The notes below the pieces were generated by a model. The model ran no database searches and was not told the origin of the DNA. It worked only from the letters and a program-made list of their open reading frames with translations. Made by a program: the position numbers and the translations under genes. DNA of 63,983 bases, counting the filler, from Asterionella formosa (taxonomy: Eukaryota): NCBI GenBank assembly GCA_002256025.1. It is 7 parts of 7 records of this genome, joined end to end, with 100 filler letters (N's around TTAATTAATTAA, not from the genome) between each part and the next. Parts side by side here need not be neighbours in the genome. Positions count along the whole stretch, not along the records: positions 36,930 to 46,047 come from NKIB01011097.1; positions 46,148 to 55,263 come from NKIB01011098.1; 5 more parts are not named here. One strand, given 5' to 3'. Numbering within the stretch: the first letter of the stretch is position 1; each line of letters opens with the position of its first letter. Positions 37,243 to 48,097 of this stretch are shown one piece after another.

Positions 37243-38784
37243 ATGATACTGAGAATTCCCAGAGCATCGCCGCTCTTACGGAGCATCCAGATATACCGTC
37301 GACAACCCATCATCCGCAATCAAGGTACCATGTGCCTTCTTGGCAGCACGATAAGACCGCGTCAATCAGCATTCAATATCAACCAAGGATACGCTTCCAC
37401 CGACGCGTTTTCAACATGTGATTCACAACGATGTCAACACCGATCATTCTCCGCTAAACATAATATATCCTACGCCAAAACAGGAATGCTGTCAATTTCG
37501 TCCTCCTCGCTCCCCCTTTTTTCGTCAATGATTGAACCTCATCTTGCGACGATCCAACTACTCCCTGAAGTACAATATGCTTTGCAGAATGAACCCAGCC
37601 CGAGTAGCATCGAAGGTTTGACTCGAGCACTGGATATATTCGCTCAAATGAAACCCGGAGGAGATGAGTACTGTGCAATTCTTGCAATGTTGGCAGATTG
37701 CCACGCTAGAATTGGACAATATAGTCGCGCGCAAGAAGTGCTCAAGACGTTGCAGAAACGTAGACGGAACGCATTTGATGTCAACCTTAGCAAATCAAAA
37801 GCGGAATGGTGCCTTGGATATTTCTCAGAAGCGTCACACACGTGTATCAATGAAGTATTCAGAAGCCGCGGCGTTGTCTTTGAACCTCTGAAGATGAGTA
37901 CGGCCCAGAACAGCATGGGGCTTATTTCCCTGTTTTTGGAGGGCGAGGAGCGTACTAGTGACTCAGTTGAAGTTTTAGAAGAAGCTTGCTATGGATTGAT
38001 CGAGGATTTAAATTCTGAAAAGGGCGACGAAGATTCGGACCAGAAACATGAAATGGGGAAGGACGAGGCCAACATGGACTTGACAGCAGAAGAAACTGCT
38101 GCCATGAACCAAGTTGTAAATGCAGTTCAAGAATCAATAGATTTAACACCACAACCAATGACAAATTTGATTCAAACCGATGATCAAATTAAATTAGCAG
38201 CAGCCATTGGATTTAACAATCTTGGAATCGCACTGGTAATCAATCCTCAGCCAGAAGGTGATCACATGGCAGCCTGGAGAGAAGGACTTGACGTGCTGGA
38301 TCGGCTGGCCACCCAAACAACATTAGCAAATTCGATACGAATTAGATTATTGTTGAATCTTGCCATTACTTTATTGAAACAAGAATCGGACGAGTCCCTC
38401 AAAACTGCCTCCGGATATGCAAAGGGGGCACTTCGACTCAGCGAGGATCGCAACGGAATAGATCCATGTGAATATCATTTTATGCTGGGGCGTTCGCTTT
38501 CAGTTGTTGCTTCCTGTTTCCTCAAAGCTGACTCAGCTGTGACGGCAGAAGGTCTTTTCCAGTCATCGTTGGATGCTCTAAAGAAGGGGGTCGGGCCGTT
38601 AAATCAATTAGTCCTGAAAGAAACCTATCTAAAGTACTCCATTCTATGCCAAAAATGGGACAAGCGTAAGGCTGATGCAAAGAGATTGGAACAAGATCAC
38701 AAGGGCATTCGTCTTCCCAACGGTTGGAATGGTCAGCAAGAAATCTTGGCTGGCCTTGTGTTTTATGGTCCGGGAGATTTGTGA
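37243..38784 (+). CDS. TPR-like helical protein, possibly mitochondrial
   Basis: Intact 513-aa ORF with an Arg/Ser-rich N-terminus and TPR-like helices (LAMLADCHARIGQYSRAQEVL, AIGFNNLGIAL, AVTAEGLFQSSLD). Confidence 0.75.
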   Translation: MILRIPRASPLLRSIQIYRRQPIIRNQGTMCLLGSTIRPRQSAFNINQGYASTDAFSTCDSQRCQHRSFSAKHNISYAKTGMLSISSSSLPLFSSMIEPHLATIQLLPEVQYALQNEPSPSSIEGLTRALDIFAQMKPGGDEYCAILAMLADCHARIGQYSRAQEVLKTLQKRRRNAFDVNLSKSKAEWCLGYFSEASHTCINEVFRSRGVVFEPLKMSTAQNSMGLISLFLEGEERTSDSVEVLEEACYGLIEDLNSEKGDEDSDQKHEMGKDEANMDLTAEETAAMNQVVNAVQESIDLTPQPMTNLIQTDDQIKLAAAIGFNNLGIALVINPQPEGDHMAAWREGLDVLDRLATQTTLANSIRIRLLLNLAITLLKQESDESLKTASGYAKGALRLSEDRNGIDPCEYHFMLGRSLSVVASCFLKADSAVTAEGLFQSSLDALKKGVGPLNQLVLKETYLKYSILCQKWDKRKADAKRLEQDHKGIRLPNGWNGQQEILAGLVFYGPGDL

Positions 38785-39153
38785 GAGGAGCCTTACTTTC
38801 GAGTTGTTTCAGTGTCTCTAGCTTGACGATTTTTTTTCAGAAATTGTCCATTTGGTGCTCGCATTCTCACCGTGAACCCTCTTCATGATCCTTGACACTT
38901 TTTGATGTTGCTACAATAACACTTGAATTTTATCAACTTACCTTTTTTCATATCAAGAATCTTATTATTTTGTCATGACGGCATGTTGGCTTTTCCACCT
39001 CGTACAAATCTAAATCATTCCTACCTTTCCAATTCGTAACTCGATTTCTCCCGGGAAAGTATTTCCAAGTGCCCGCGCATGATTTACAAATTAATTGTTC
39101 AGGGCATTGACTATGTAAAGCTTACTGTAAAAATTCGCTGTTGGTATCGTACA

Positions 39154-41073
39154 CTATTCATTCTTGTCTCCTGAATACCACGGATGATGAACTCCTAGTA
39201 CCGACATTAAAACATGTTTGTCAAACCATTCCAGATCTTGACATTTGTCTCGAAGATCCTCCATCAGTTCAATGTTTATGTCATTGTCGTTCATAGCTGC
39301 CACAAATTGATCCCACTCTGTCGGTAGTTTGGGCGATCCAAATGCTGCATTATACCATTCGTCCTTTATCGCTGGTAACCAAATTCTTACAATTCGCATG
39401 TAATTCCGCACAGCTAGCTTTGTTCGATCATCTGCGATGGTGCCACGGTAAAGAAATTTCCCATTATGTCTCAACCCATTTCCTTCAATCAACGTTTCAG
39501 GGACAGTCATGATCGGAAATTCCGATAAGAGCACGATTCCGACTCGCACGCATGGTACTTGCACAATACGCGCACGACACATCCAAAACTTTAGTGCTAA
39601 TGCAATATTCTCACCGTCCATAAATTTTAAGCCTCTGTCAACCGAGTTTAAAATCTCATCCTTGCGGACTGCAAACAAGTGACCGTCGAAGAAAGGTGTA
39701 GGGTAAGCTTTCCAATTGGATAAGTATTCAGCGCTTAAATCAACATATACCCGCTTCAACTTGAGTTCTTCGTCCATCATTAACATGTAATTCGACTTAT
39801 CACCTTCTTTCTTCAGTTCCAGTTGTGAATTCATCTCATGCACCATGGCCACAGATAGTGTTCTCGGATCTTCGAGTAGCGGCAATAAAAGCTGTTGCAA
39901 CCAAGTCCCGGACCACACCTCAACGTATGGATCTACAAAAATGAGATGTTCCGCCTTGGCTGCCAACATTGCATTGTATCTGCTCAAAACGCGATTGGCA
40001 GGAGTGCTGGGCGATCTAGGCTGCAAAATCGAGATCAATTGAGATAGGGCCGTGAGCCTCTTGAATTCCGCATCAAGGTCATCAATACCCGAGTTTGTAG
40101 CAGCATTGTCGTGTACGATGAGAATTTCGGCAATGAGATGACTAGGCGTTCGGGCCAGAATAGAGTGCACCGTTGTGCTTAGTAAGTCTATGGGATAACC
40201 CTCGTAGACTGGACCAATGATTATGGAAACCTGAGGAAATTTTTCGAGGTCAAATCTGTATCGCCCACATGTGACTGAATAAATACCGGCAGATGCAAAT
40301 GTGACGTCTCTCAGAGCAGTGAGCTTGTCTTCAAAATCTTCGGTCACAAATTTTTTGGCCAGGTAATTATCTTCAGTTGCAGCCATCCACCAAGAATCTT
40401 GATAAAGAATAGTAGTGTTTATCGGAGTTACCATAGTCCAACCCATATCGCTCGCAGGCCGAACGGGACTGGTCACAACATCGTCGTCGCTAAGTGGTGT
40501 TGCGGTATTACTCTCATAAGAAGTAATAAGAACTAAAACAATCATTAGAACTGCCAAGAAATACACCGAATGATCTGCTGTGACAAAACTAAGAAATTGC
40601 ACATTTGGCAGGACGAGTTTAGGTGGCCATTCGTCACGATCATCCATCAGTGTAGGTTTACTAGGCTTGCGATCAGCAGCTGGACGAGACATCAAATGAG
40701 ATACAACGGCCAAAGAATCTTCGCCCGTATCCAAACTGCTGCCCCGTCGTCGAATCCCAGTCCTACTCTTTCCTGGTTTGTGGTTCTTCTTTGTGGACCC
40801 ATCACAATCAAGACATAGTCGAAACGGAGAATCATCAGTTCCAACAGGAGTCCCACAATCTAGATGCATTGGACAGTCGCAACCAGGACACGATGCTTCC
40901 ACGCCACTTGTGTCCATAGCGTCCATGCATCCACCACACAGTGGCGCAGCCGGTGGGGCTGGTTTTCGATTGTAGTCTTGTAGCTCAATACCTCCACCTT
41001 CATTGGAAGCATCATGAGATAACAAGCTTGACTCTTCGTCTTTTGGGAATCCAGCAACGCCGGCCACCACCAT
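39154..41073 (-). CDS. Polypeptide GalNAc-transferase-like (GT27, GT-A fold) type II membrane protein with N-terminal PHD-like zinc finger
   Basis: FPQVSIII, TVHSILARTPSHLIAEILIVHD, WLQQLL, GENIALALKFWMC, VPCVRVG, RNYMRIVRIWL; TM helix; N-terminal C4HC3-type spacing. Confidence 0.8.
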   Translation of the reverse strand: MVVAGVAGFPKDEESSLLSHDASNEGGGIELQDYNRKPAPPAAPLCGGCMDAMDTSGVEASCPGCDCPMHLDCGTPVGTDDSPFRLCLDCDGSTKKNHKPGKSRTGIRRRGSSLDTGEDSLAVVSHLMSRPAADRKPSKPTLMDDRDEWPPKLVLPNVQFLSFVTADHSVYFLAVLMIVLVLITSYESNTATPLSDDDVVTSPVRPASDMGWTMVTPINTTILYQDSWWMAATEDNYLAKKFVTEDFEDKLTALRDVTFASAGIYSVTCGRYRFDLEKFPQVSIIIGPVYEGYPIDLLSTTVHSILARTPSHLIAEILIVHDNAATNSGIDDLDAEFKRLTALSQLISILQPRSPSTPANRVLSRYNAMLAAKAEHLIFVDPYVEVWSGTWLQQLLLPLLEDPRTLSVAMVHEMNSQLELKKEGDKSNYMLMMDEELKLKRVYVDLSAEYLSNWKAYPTPFFDGHLFAVRKDEILNSVDRGLKFMDGENIALALKFWMCRARIVQVPCVRVGIVLLSEFPIMTVPETLIEGNGLRHNGKFLYRGTIADDRTKLAVRNYMRIVRIWLPAIKDEWYNAAFGSPKLPTEWDQFVAAMNDNDINIELMEDLRDKCQDLEWFDKHVLMSVLGVHHPWYSGDKNE

Positions 41074-42352
41074 GGTTGAAAAGAAGAGACGGCTTATGTA
41101 TATAGCTCACTTTTTTCAAATACTGTCTGCATGGGTACAACAACAAAGTGTAGCAAGATGTGTTCCACTAATGTACTCGTCAAGGAAACATAAAAAATCC
41201 TTTTTTGGTTCCCATCAGTTGTTCTTCTATGCTGTCGTCGATATTATTAGCTAGTCGAGAACAAAATCATGGGGGTTGCAGATAGTGTAACCGACATACT
41301 GAATTTCCTGTAGAGTCTACAAAATAGGTAATTTATATGCTTCATACAAAAGACAAATATGGCGGCATATAATTATCCATCGATAAAACAAGATTCATGT
41401 CAGTAGAATGCGGTACCAGGTAATGAGCACCTGTTAACAATACTTGCCCTGGCTGCTGATTCATATTTGCGCCCTTCCTGGGCAGCACGTTTCATTTATC
41501 GGTACCAGGTACCTGGTACTGGTACCTCGGTATACCTTTACACACGGCAGTGGATTCATTTGCTTGTTTGATTCTGATACGCATATAGCTACATATGTCA
41601 GAGAATGCCTGCGAAGATACTGGTACCTGGTACCAGGTACCAATACCAGTACTGTGGCATACCGGTATATAGAATGTACAACGAGAAGGAAGATTCAGTG
41701 GAACAGCCCCAAGATTCGTTGCCAATTTTACTTGTCAGGCTGATGTACAGTGAGGATCAACTGGAGCAACAAGCTCCAGTTCTGCTAAAATATCTACGGT
41801 GGCCTCGCTAATGAAAATATCACGATTTAATTTTTTATGATCGCTATAGCTGAAAACATTTCTTTCACTTAACACTTTCTTACATAATAACAATTTGTTA
41901 ATAGCCTATCTAATCTTGTCCTTGCATGGTTAGTACTCAGGAAATCCCAAAATAGGCATCTCACACTTTCCCTGATCACAATGATGTAATCAACAAATTT
42001 TTTTACTCTGCAAAGCAACACCATGCATTTATGAGCACTTTTACAAGGTTAACAGCCAACTGGTGCCAGATGACTCATGTAGCTCCCCCACCTTCTGTAA
42101 ATTAGCTTCTTAATACCAGCCATTATCACTGATCTAGGAATTACCGATTTTCTATTGGGTTCTGCCAAGCTTTCTGAAAACTGCTGAAATTCTTTAAAAA
42201 AATCTCATTTGCTCAGCCAGCATAATAAGAAAAATAGCTGAATTGCTTACCAGCTGGGATTACATACATATAGAACAAGTATGATCATTTAGAAACATCC
42301 ATAAGAAGCATAGTATCAGCAGTAATAGGGTACCGGTATCAGGTACCAGGTA

Positions 42353-43474
42353 CTCCATCCATCCAATAAGGGTTGCAATGACAATTTAAATTAGTCTGGG
42401 AACCTTTTGACTCCTGCGATTTTCTCTGGCTCAACGCCCTTTTTGCGCCTTGCTCTCACCAGCTATAGCTACACATCCATGTTGAAAAAATTTAGAAAGA
42501 TTAAAAATCACGATCTAAATAACACTTTTTGGGCTTTTCGATTTTCACTATTGCCCATCTTGAGCAAAGTGCAGATGCCAGACCCCCTTTATTCTTGCCG
42601 TCACCTCTTCTCAACAAGCATATAAGAAGAAAGATCTAACTCCAGATGAGTGTCAACTTGTGTTGGATTACGTTCTGCAGAACCTCAAAAGAGGAGATGA
42701 TGGGGAGGACAAAATAGATGATTGGCTTGTTTTAGTGTGTGGAACCGTTAAATATTTGGAGGGCAGTTCAAAAGTAGATGAAGCAACCATACAACGTATT
42801 TGGAATCGCATCCATTGCCATAATGGCTGCATGGGATAAAAAAGTGACATGCATTCCACCTTTAAATATATATATTTACTACTACTAGCACAAGTCATTT
42901 ATGGTTTTACGTCTATTCTATTTGTAGTTTAGAGTGTAGAATTATGATTATACAGCTGATCATCTAAATCGAGAATTCCTTCTTTAACAGCATCTTCAAT
43001 CTTGACAATTACGTCAATAAATGTAAAAAGTGCAACTCCATAACTTTGTATTCTCGTTTGCCTTTTGTTTGCTCGATAGAGTCTTTTAGCAGTTCAATAG
43101 CTAATTACTGCAATATGATCAACATAATTAATGGTCTCGAACATATCATGTGCAATTCTCCAGGGAAGATACCCAACTCTGCACCTTTGACTTTGTGGAT
43201 GGAGGTCATAGTCCACTGTCACCTGGATTGCATCCTCGAGTTCTTTGAGGACCTTGTCCAGCACTGCACACCAATAGAAGAAGATCAAAGATCCAACTTT
43301 TCCAGTTGATCCACAACAGTGATTATGGACGCAGCTGTGCCCATAACTGTTTGCCATCAAGCCAAGCATCTGACCATCAGTGATGATGCCATGGGCATAT
43401 CATCGATGTCAACATTCTCTTTGACGATAATGATAATGATGATGATGATGATGATGATGATGAAGATAATGATA

Positions 43475-43521
<47 letters not shown>

Positions 43522-43522
43522 A

Positions 43523-43578
<56 letters not shown>

Positions 43579-43874
43579 AATCATACAAGCAAAATCATCG
43601 CATGAGCATTGTCATGCTTGATATATTCATATACCCAATGTATATGTGTTTGTTCAACTCGTTTCGATTGATTGATTTAGATGCTAATAATTTAATTGCA
43701 AAAACAGAGTCTATATTCATGGCTAGTATGTAACTCATAAAAAGTCCATTCTTTCAAGTAAGCCAACCCTCACATAGAGATTTGGTATTTTTCTATGTAA
43801 TCCGTCTTTAAAAAAGCTGCTTGGCACTTGAGTCACTGCAAATCGATGCTAAGACTGTAATTGGATGGAGGGAG
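42353..43874 (+). mobile_element. Internally rearranged plant-type mariner / Stowaway-like element
   Basis: TA-CTCCATCCATCCAAT ... ATTGGATGGAGGGAG-TA (15-bp TIR, 1 mismatch); transposase N-terminal remnant KKDLTPDECQLV...VDEATIQRIWNR. Confidence 0.75.
43424..43577. repeat. (GAT/AAT)n microsatellite, about 50 units
   Basis: Directly visible. Confidence 0.98.
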
Positions 43875-44165
43875 TACCATTTACCAGTTACTATCCTGTT
43901 GTACCAAATGGATGAATAAAACTGGCATTAATTATTTCCATTCTAAATTTGGGCACGTCTGCGATTATTGAAAAGCTTTGAGGTACTATAAGATTTATTT
44001 TCAATTTCATGATAGTGACATTTTGTATCTGTTTTCCTGCAAATATTTGAGTGGTTGGCTGTTCATGTAAAACAGCATTTGGTGATATGTACATACACGC
44101 TATCAATATTTATGCATGTTGAATTGGTTTCGATTAATTTTTTTAGATGCTAAATAGCAATTTAA

Positions 44166-45386
44166 GGTTGCGGCCCTCGGCTTAACCCTAGTTTGGAGAA
44201 AACATTGCTAGGGTTGTAAAAACGGCATGGAACAGGGAGTTTGCTGCTAGAGTTCCCATGATTCGAGTGTCCATTTGAATATTTGAATAAAAAATGAGTC
44301 GGCGCCAGATAGATAGAGTTCCATTTTAAACAAACAAAAATGATATTTAAATGTTTATACTTTATCAACGTTCCCGTGTGTAGACATATTTTTGTTCCAC
44401 GCCATAACACATGTATAAATCAGGAGTATGCCTAAATGTATACTCATGATTTTATTTATCCGTTTATATTGAATCTTAGTTGCTGCGTGTAGATTTAATA
44501 TTACTCTTCCCCCCAAAAGGCATTTTACTCTACTCGTACAGTCAAAGGCACATACCGGTACATAAACCAATACCGGAGTAACGGTGTACAAGGGTACCTG
44601 ATACCGGTAGTGCATACCGGTAATCTTGGTGGTAAATGACGATGGATGATGAAACTCCCGGTACCAGGTAGTACTTATTTTACCTACCAGGTACCAGTAC
44701 ACAGTAAATCTAATACATGTGGTTCAAGTATGGCTGGCGTAATTTTACAAGACCGGGATACTCCAGCCGATCTGGAGCAGGTGAGTAAATTCAATTCAAC
44801 CAATCAGAATATGTGTAGTGACGCGGCAAAGTACCCTGGAGTCTTTTCGGACAGAGAATTATTAAGCAAAACATACCTACGCAAGACTCTAAGTCTACGA
44901 GAACGGTTTTGCACGTACTAGTTCTGATTCCAATATTTTGGCGACTGTTGAAAAAGCCGATCGGGACAACTGTTTGGAAGAGGATTGCTCTACATCTCCG
45001 GGGTTTCATGACGATTAAAATAGATAGCCGTGTACCCTATAACGTCAGGAGTTAACTTCTGAAGAGAAGTGGAAGATATGTATCGTAGACTTTTTGAAAA
45101 GCTTCGTAGCCCCTTTTTTTGACTAGTTTTGCGATAGTTACGATTCTCTGATACTTAACTGCCACTTCTCTCCAGAAATGGGGTCCTTGCCATATCTGTA
45201 TATAGATCATACCCCTAAATCGAGGAATGACAGTATCTAAGCATATGCAAAATGGTCGTAATGGTGAAAGCTAATTTTACCTTTAACTATTTTATTTACT
45301 TGTACGTGATGTGTGGATTGACGTACATCATAAAAATATTTTGGGAAAAAACGGACCTCGCAATGTGTATCTGCGGGGCCGCAACC
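44166..45386. mobile_element. Non-autonomous TTAA-targeting DNA transposon, Kolobok-like
   Basis: TTAA-GGTTGCGGCCC ... GGGCCGCAACC-TTAA (11-bp perfect TIR, TTAA TSD, purine termini); empty site in the paralogue near 43690. Confidence 0.85.
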
Positions 45387-45390
45387 TTAA

Positions 45391-45552
45391 TTACTGATGT
45401 AGAGTTTACATATACTCACATCTAAATAATTTTTTCGAGTAAGCCGATCCTCTAGTAGTAGAATTTTTTTTCTCTGTAATCCGTCCTGAATAAAAGTTGC
45501 TAGGCACTGGAGTCGCTGCAAATTGACGCAATTGTTTTCGCCCAGATGGGAG
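45391..45552 (+). mobile_element. Right end of a second mariner/Stowaway-like copy (continues from about 44120-44165)
   Basis: Homologous to 43695-43874; ends GATGGGAG-TA. Confidence 0.65.
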
Positions 45553-45636
45553 TACCAGTACCGGTAGCCTACCAGGTCTGTACTGTGGTTCCCTGATATG
45601 TTGGTGGGACTATCGATTATGTACCAGGTAGTGTGC

Positions 45637-46047
45637 TGTTAAAGTATCTAGTACTCTTGAGTAGTATATGTCTATACTTCACTCTCAGCTAGCTATTTCT
45701 CTTGATCTACTTCTAGATCTTTAGTAAACGTCAGAAACTCACTTTCTGCTTTACTTTATTGTGAGCTTTCTACTACTTAGAATAAGCTCCTTCCTAAGAT
45801 CCATTTTCGATCTTTCAACTTCTACTTCAATCATCTCGTCATCGTCTTTACCAAAACAATTCTGTGGTCCCTGGGAGCCACATTTACTATAACACATAGT
45901 TGGAGCATAATCATAGTTGCAGTCACTTTTGTGACTCGACTCAAATGATCCCTTCACTATTTGTCACTCTCCCTGATCTCTGGTCCAACAGTCCAGTGTA
46001 CCGTTTGAGATATTAGACGCATGTAGATCGTGGATTCTGGTTATGAC
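45637..46047 (-). mobile_element. Probable LTR (solo or 3' LTR), cut by scaffold end
   Basis: First ~105 bp homologous to 10085-10200; begins with TG. Confidence 0.55.
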
Positions 46048-46147
46048 NNNNNNNNNNNNNNNNNNNNNNNNNNNNNNNNNNNNNNNNNNNNTTAATTAAT
46101 TAANNNNNNNNNNNNNNNNNNNNNNNNNNNNNNNNNNNNNNNNNNNN
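46048..46147. other. Artificial scaffold spacer
   Basis: N44-TTAATTAATTAA-N44. Confidence 0.98.
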
Positions 46148-46583
46148 AGAAATGTAGCAAAGCGCATAAGTTCAAGAAAAGCATTGCTTGGTGGCAATAT
46201 TGACATCATGGTCAATGACTATACAAATAATCAAATAAGATCAACAGTGGTGCAATACATCTTCAAAGAGGAGTCATTGAGAAATACATTGATTCTTATG
46301 AAGAGATACATTTACGTATGTTCTTCGATCATGCACCCCAGCCATAACAATAAAAAATATAAAAACAATAAAATACAAGTAGACTCTATGCCAGACGAAC
46401 ATGATCCTTCCATGCGCCTGACTTTGTCAGTACCGTATGCATAATAATAATAGCCATATTAACGAGACGATTGCTCATTTCCTCCTGTTGCTTGTTGTGC
46501 GCTGCTATATTACTATTCATTACATGCATACATATAACATAAAGCCTGCGAGAGCATTGTTCACAACAAAGCGTAGTCAAGAA

Positions 46584-47474
46584 ATGGCAGTGTCACCTCC
46601 TAAATGTCGACCCAAACTGTTGCTGTTGGCAATCGTTTTTCTCCTTTCAATTGACAACTGCATTGGCAACAGGTGGATGCCATCCATCATCTCGCTTCGT
46701 CCTCGCTCTGTCTTCTTTGGCATGTTCGGAACCAAAAGTTCCGCCTCGCAACAATATCGATTATCCCTGGAACAGCAATTGAATGCGTTGGAACAACAAC
46801 TTCGTACTGCCAAGGAGGAAGCAACACAACTGAGGAAATTACTAAAGCTTGCCTCCCAAACGTCGCGACGACAATCAGTGACACAGAAGAGAGAAGAACA
46901 GGCTGTTCTCAACCAAGAGTTGGCGGCGTTACAGGCACAAACAGAACTGTTGACAAGCCTGCGAAAGGAACTAGAAAAGATGCTCAAGGAGGAAAGAGCA
47001 CGTGCAGCGGAACTGGAACGACAACTCGAAGGGGAACGCGCCAATACAGTTGACCTTGTTAAGAAACATGATGCTGAAATTAAGGAACTTCAAAAGATGC
47101 TTGATACCCAGATGCGAAAGCAACTGGAAGAGGTTCAAAACAAAATGGACGCACGAGTGAAAGATGCCGCCGATAAAGCCAGGAAGGAGGCCTTGCAACT
47201 AATGGACGAAAAGATCAAAGAAGCAATTGACAAAGTCCAACACAAAGCAGAAAAAGAATTACAAATAGAACGCGAAAAGGCAGAAGACGCTGTAGAGAGA
47301 GAGCGTGTAAAAATGAGAAAGCTTGTCAAGGCACTGGCAGAGCGAGAAAAGAAATTGCTGTCAAATCATGAACAGCAACAGAAACAAAGAGGAACTGTGA
47401 TTTCGAATAAATCATCTCTGCCATCTACCATGAAGCAAACAGGGACCAATAGTGTCAGATCCCCATTAAAATAA
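46584..47474 (+). CDS. Coiled-coil protein with signal-peptide-like N-terminus
   Basis: MAVSPPKCRPKLLLLAIVFLLSIDNCIG followed by a long E/K/Q/L heptad region; ATG 46584 preferred over 46437. Confidence 0.75.
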   Translation: MAVSPPKCRPKLLLLAIVFLLSIDNCIGNRWMPSIISLRPRSVFFGMFGTKSSASQQYRLSLEQQLNALEQQLRTAKEEATQLRKLLKLASQTSRRQSVTQKREEQAVLNQELAALQAQTELLTSLRKELEKMLKEERARAAELERQLEGERANTVDLVKKHDAEIKELQKMLDTQMRKQLEEVQNKMDARVKDAADKARKEALQLMDEKIKEAIDKVQHKAEKELQIEREKAEDAVERERVKMRKLVKALAEREKKLLSNHEQQQKQRGTVISNKSSLPSTMKQTGTNSVRSPLK

Positions 47475-48097
47475 CAATCACGAGTGCAAATACTCACGAA
47501 CATCGTAATCATACCTCGCAAATGGGGGATGGCACAGGTATTTAATAGTATGCAATGGGTCCTACTTATATGCAGAAAGAGCAGCACCACACTTGTGTGT
47601 ACAATTGACAGTCCCAGGTAACCTGCGTTTAAAACCGGCTATTATAGCCTGCATTTGCAAGTCACCACATAGTGGTATGCACACTCGCATAGGTTCTTTC
47701 CAATCAGATTTCCATTTGCCTGCATGCTGGTAGCCCTTTCCAACACCCCAACAAAAATTAACATTGAGCTACTTTCTGGAAGTAGCCATAAGGGGTGTTC
47801 TGCCGAACTCACATAGATACGTTCTCATCGTATTTCCATTAGTCTACACATTCTGAAAATTGTCATAAAAAGTGACGGGAGATCGATTGCTTTATATTTT
47901 GCCTCAAAACTTTTTTAAAACATCTTCTATCCTACTGCCTTTATATATACTAATCTAATACGAATCTACCTTACATGAACCATTGTGATGGTACTGAGAC
48001 CTTATTTGAAGTCAGCTATTGGTAGCCATCACTATTTTGCATTGTCTTTTTGGAAGAATGACAAGTAGAAATGAAAAATTTAGCTTATGGCGTGAAA

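Noticed and set aside
43319..43621. Poly-Met / poly-Ile ORFs
   Set aside because: These are translation artefacts of the GAT microsatellite.
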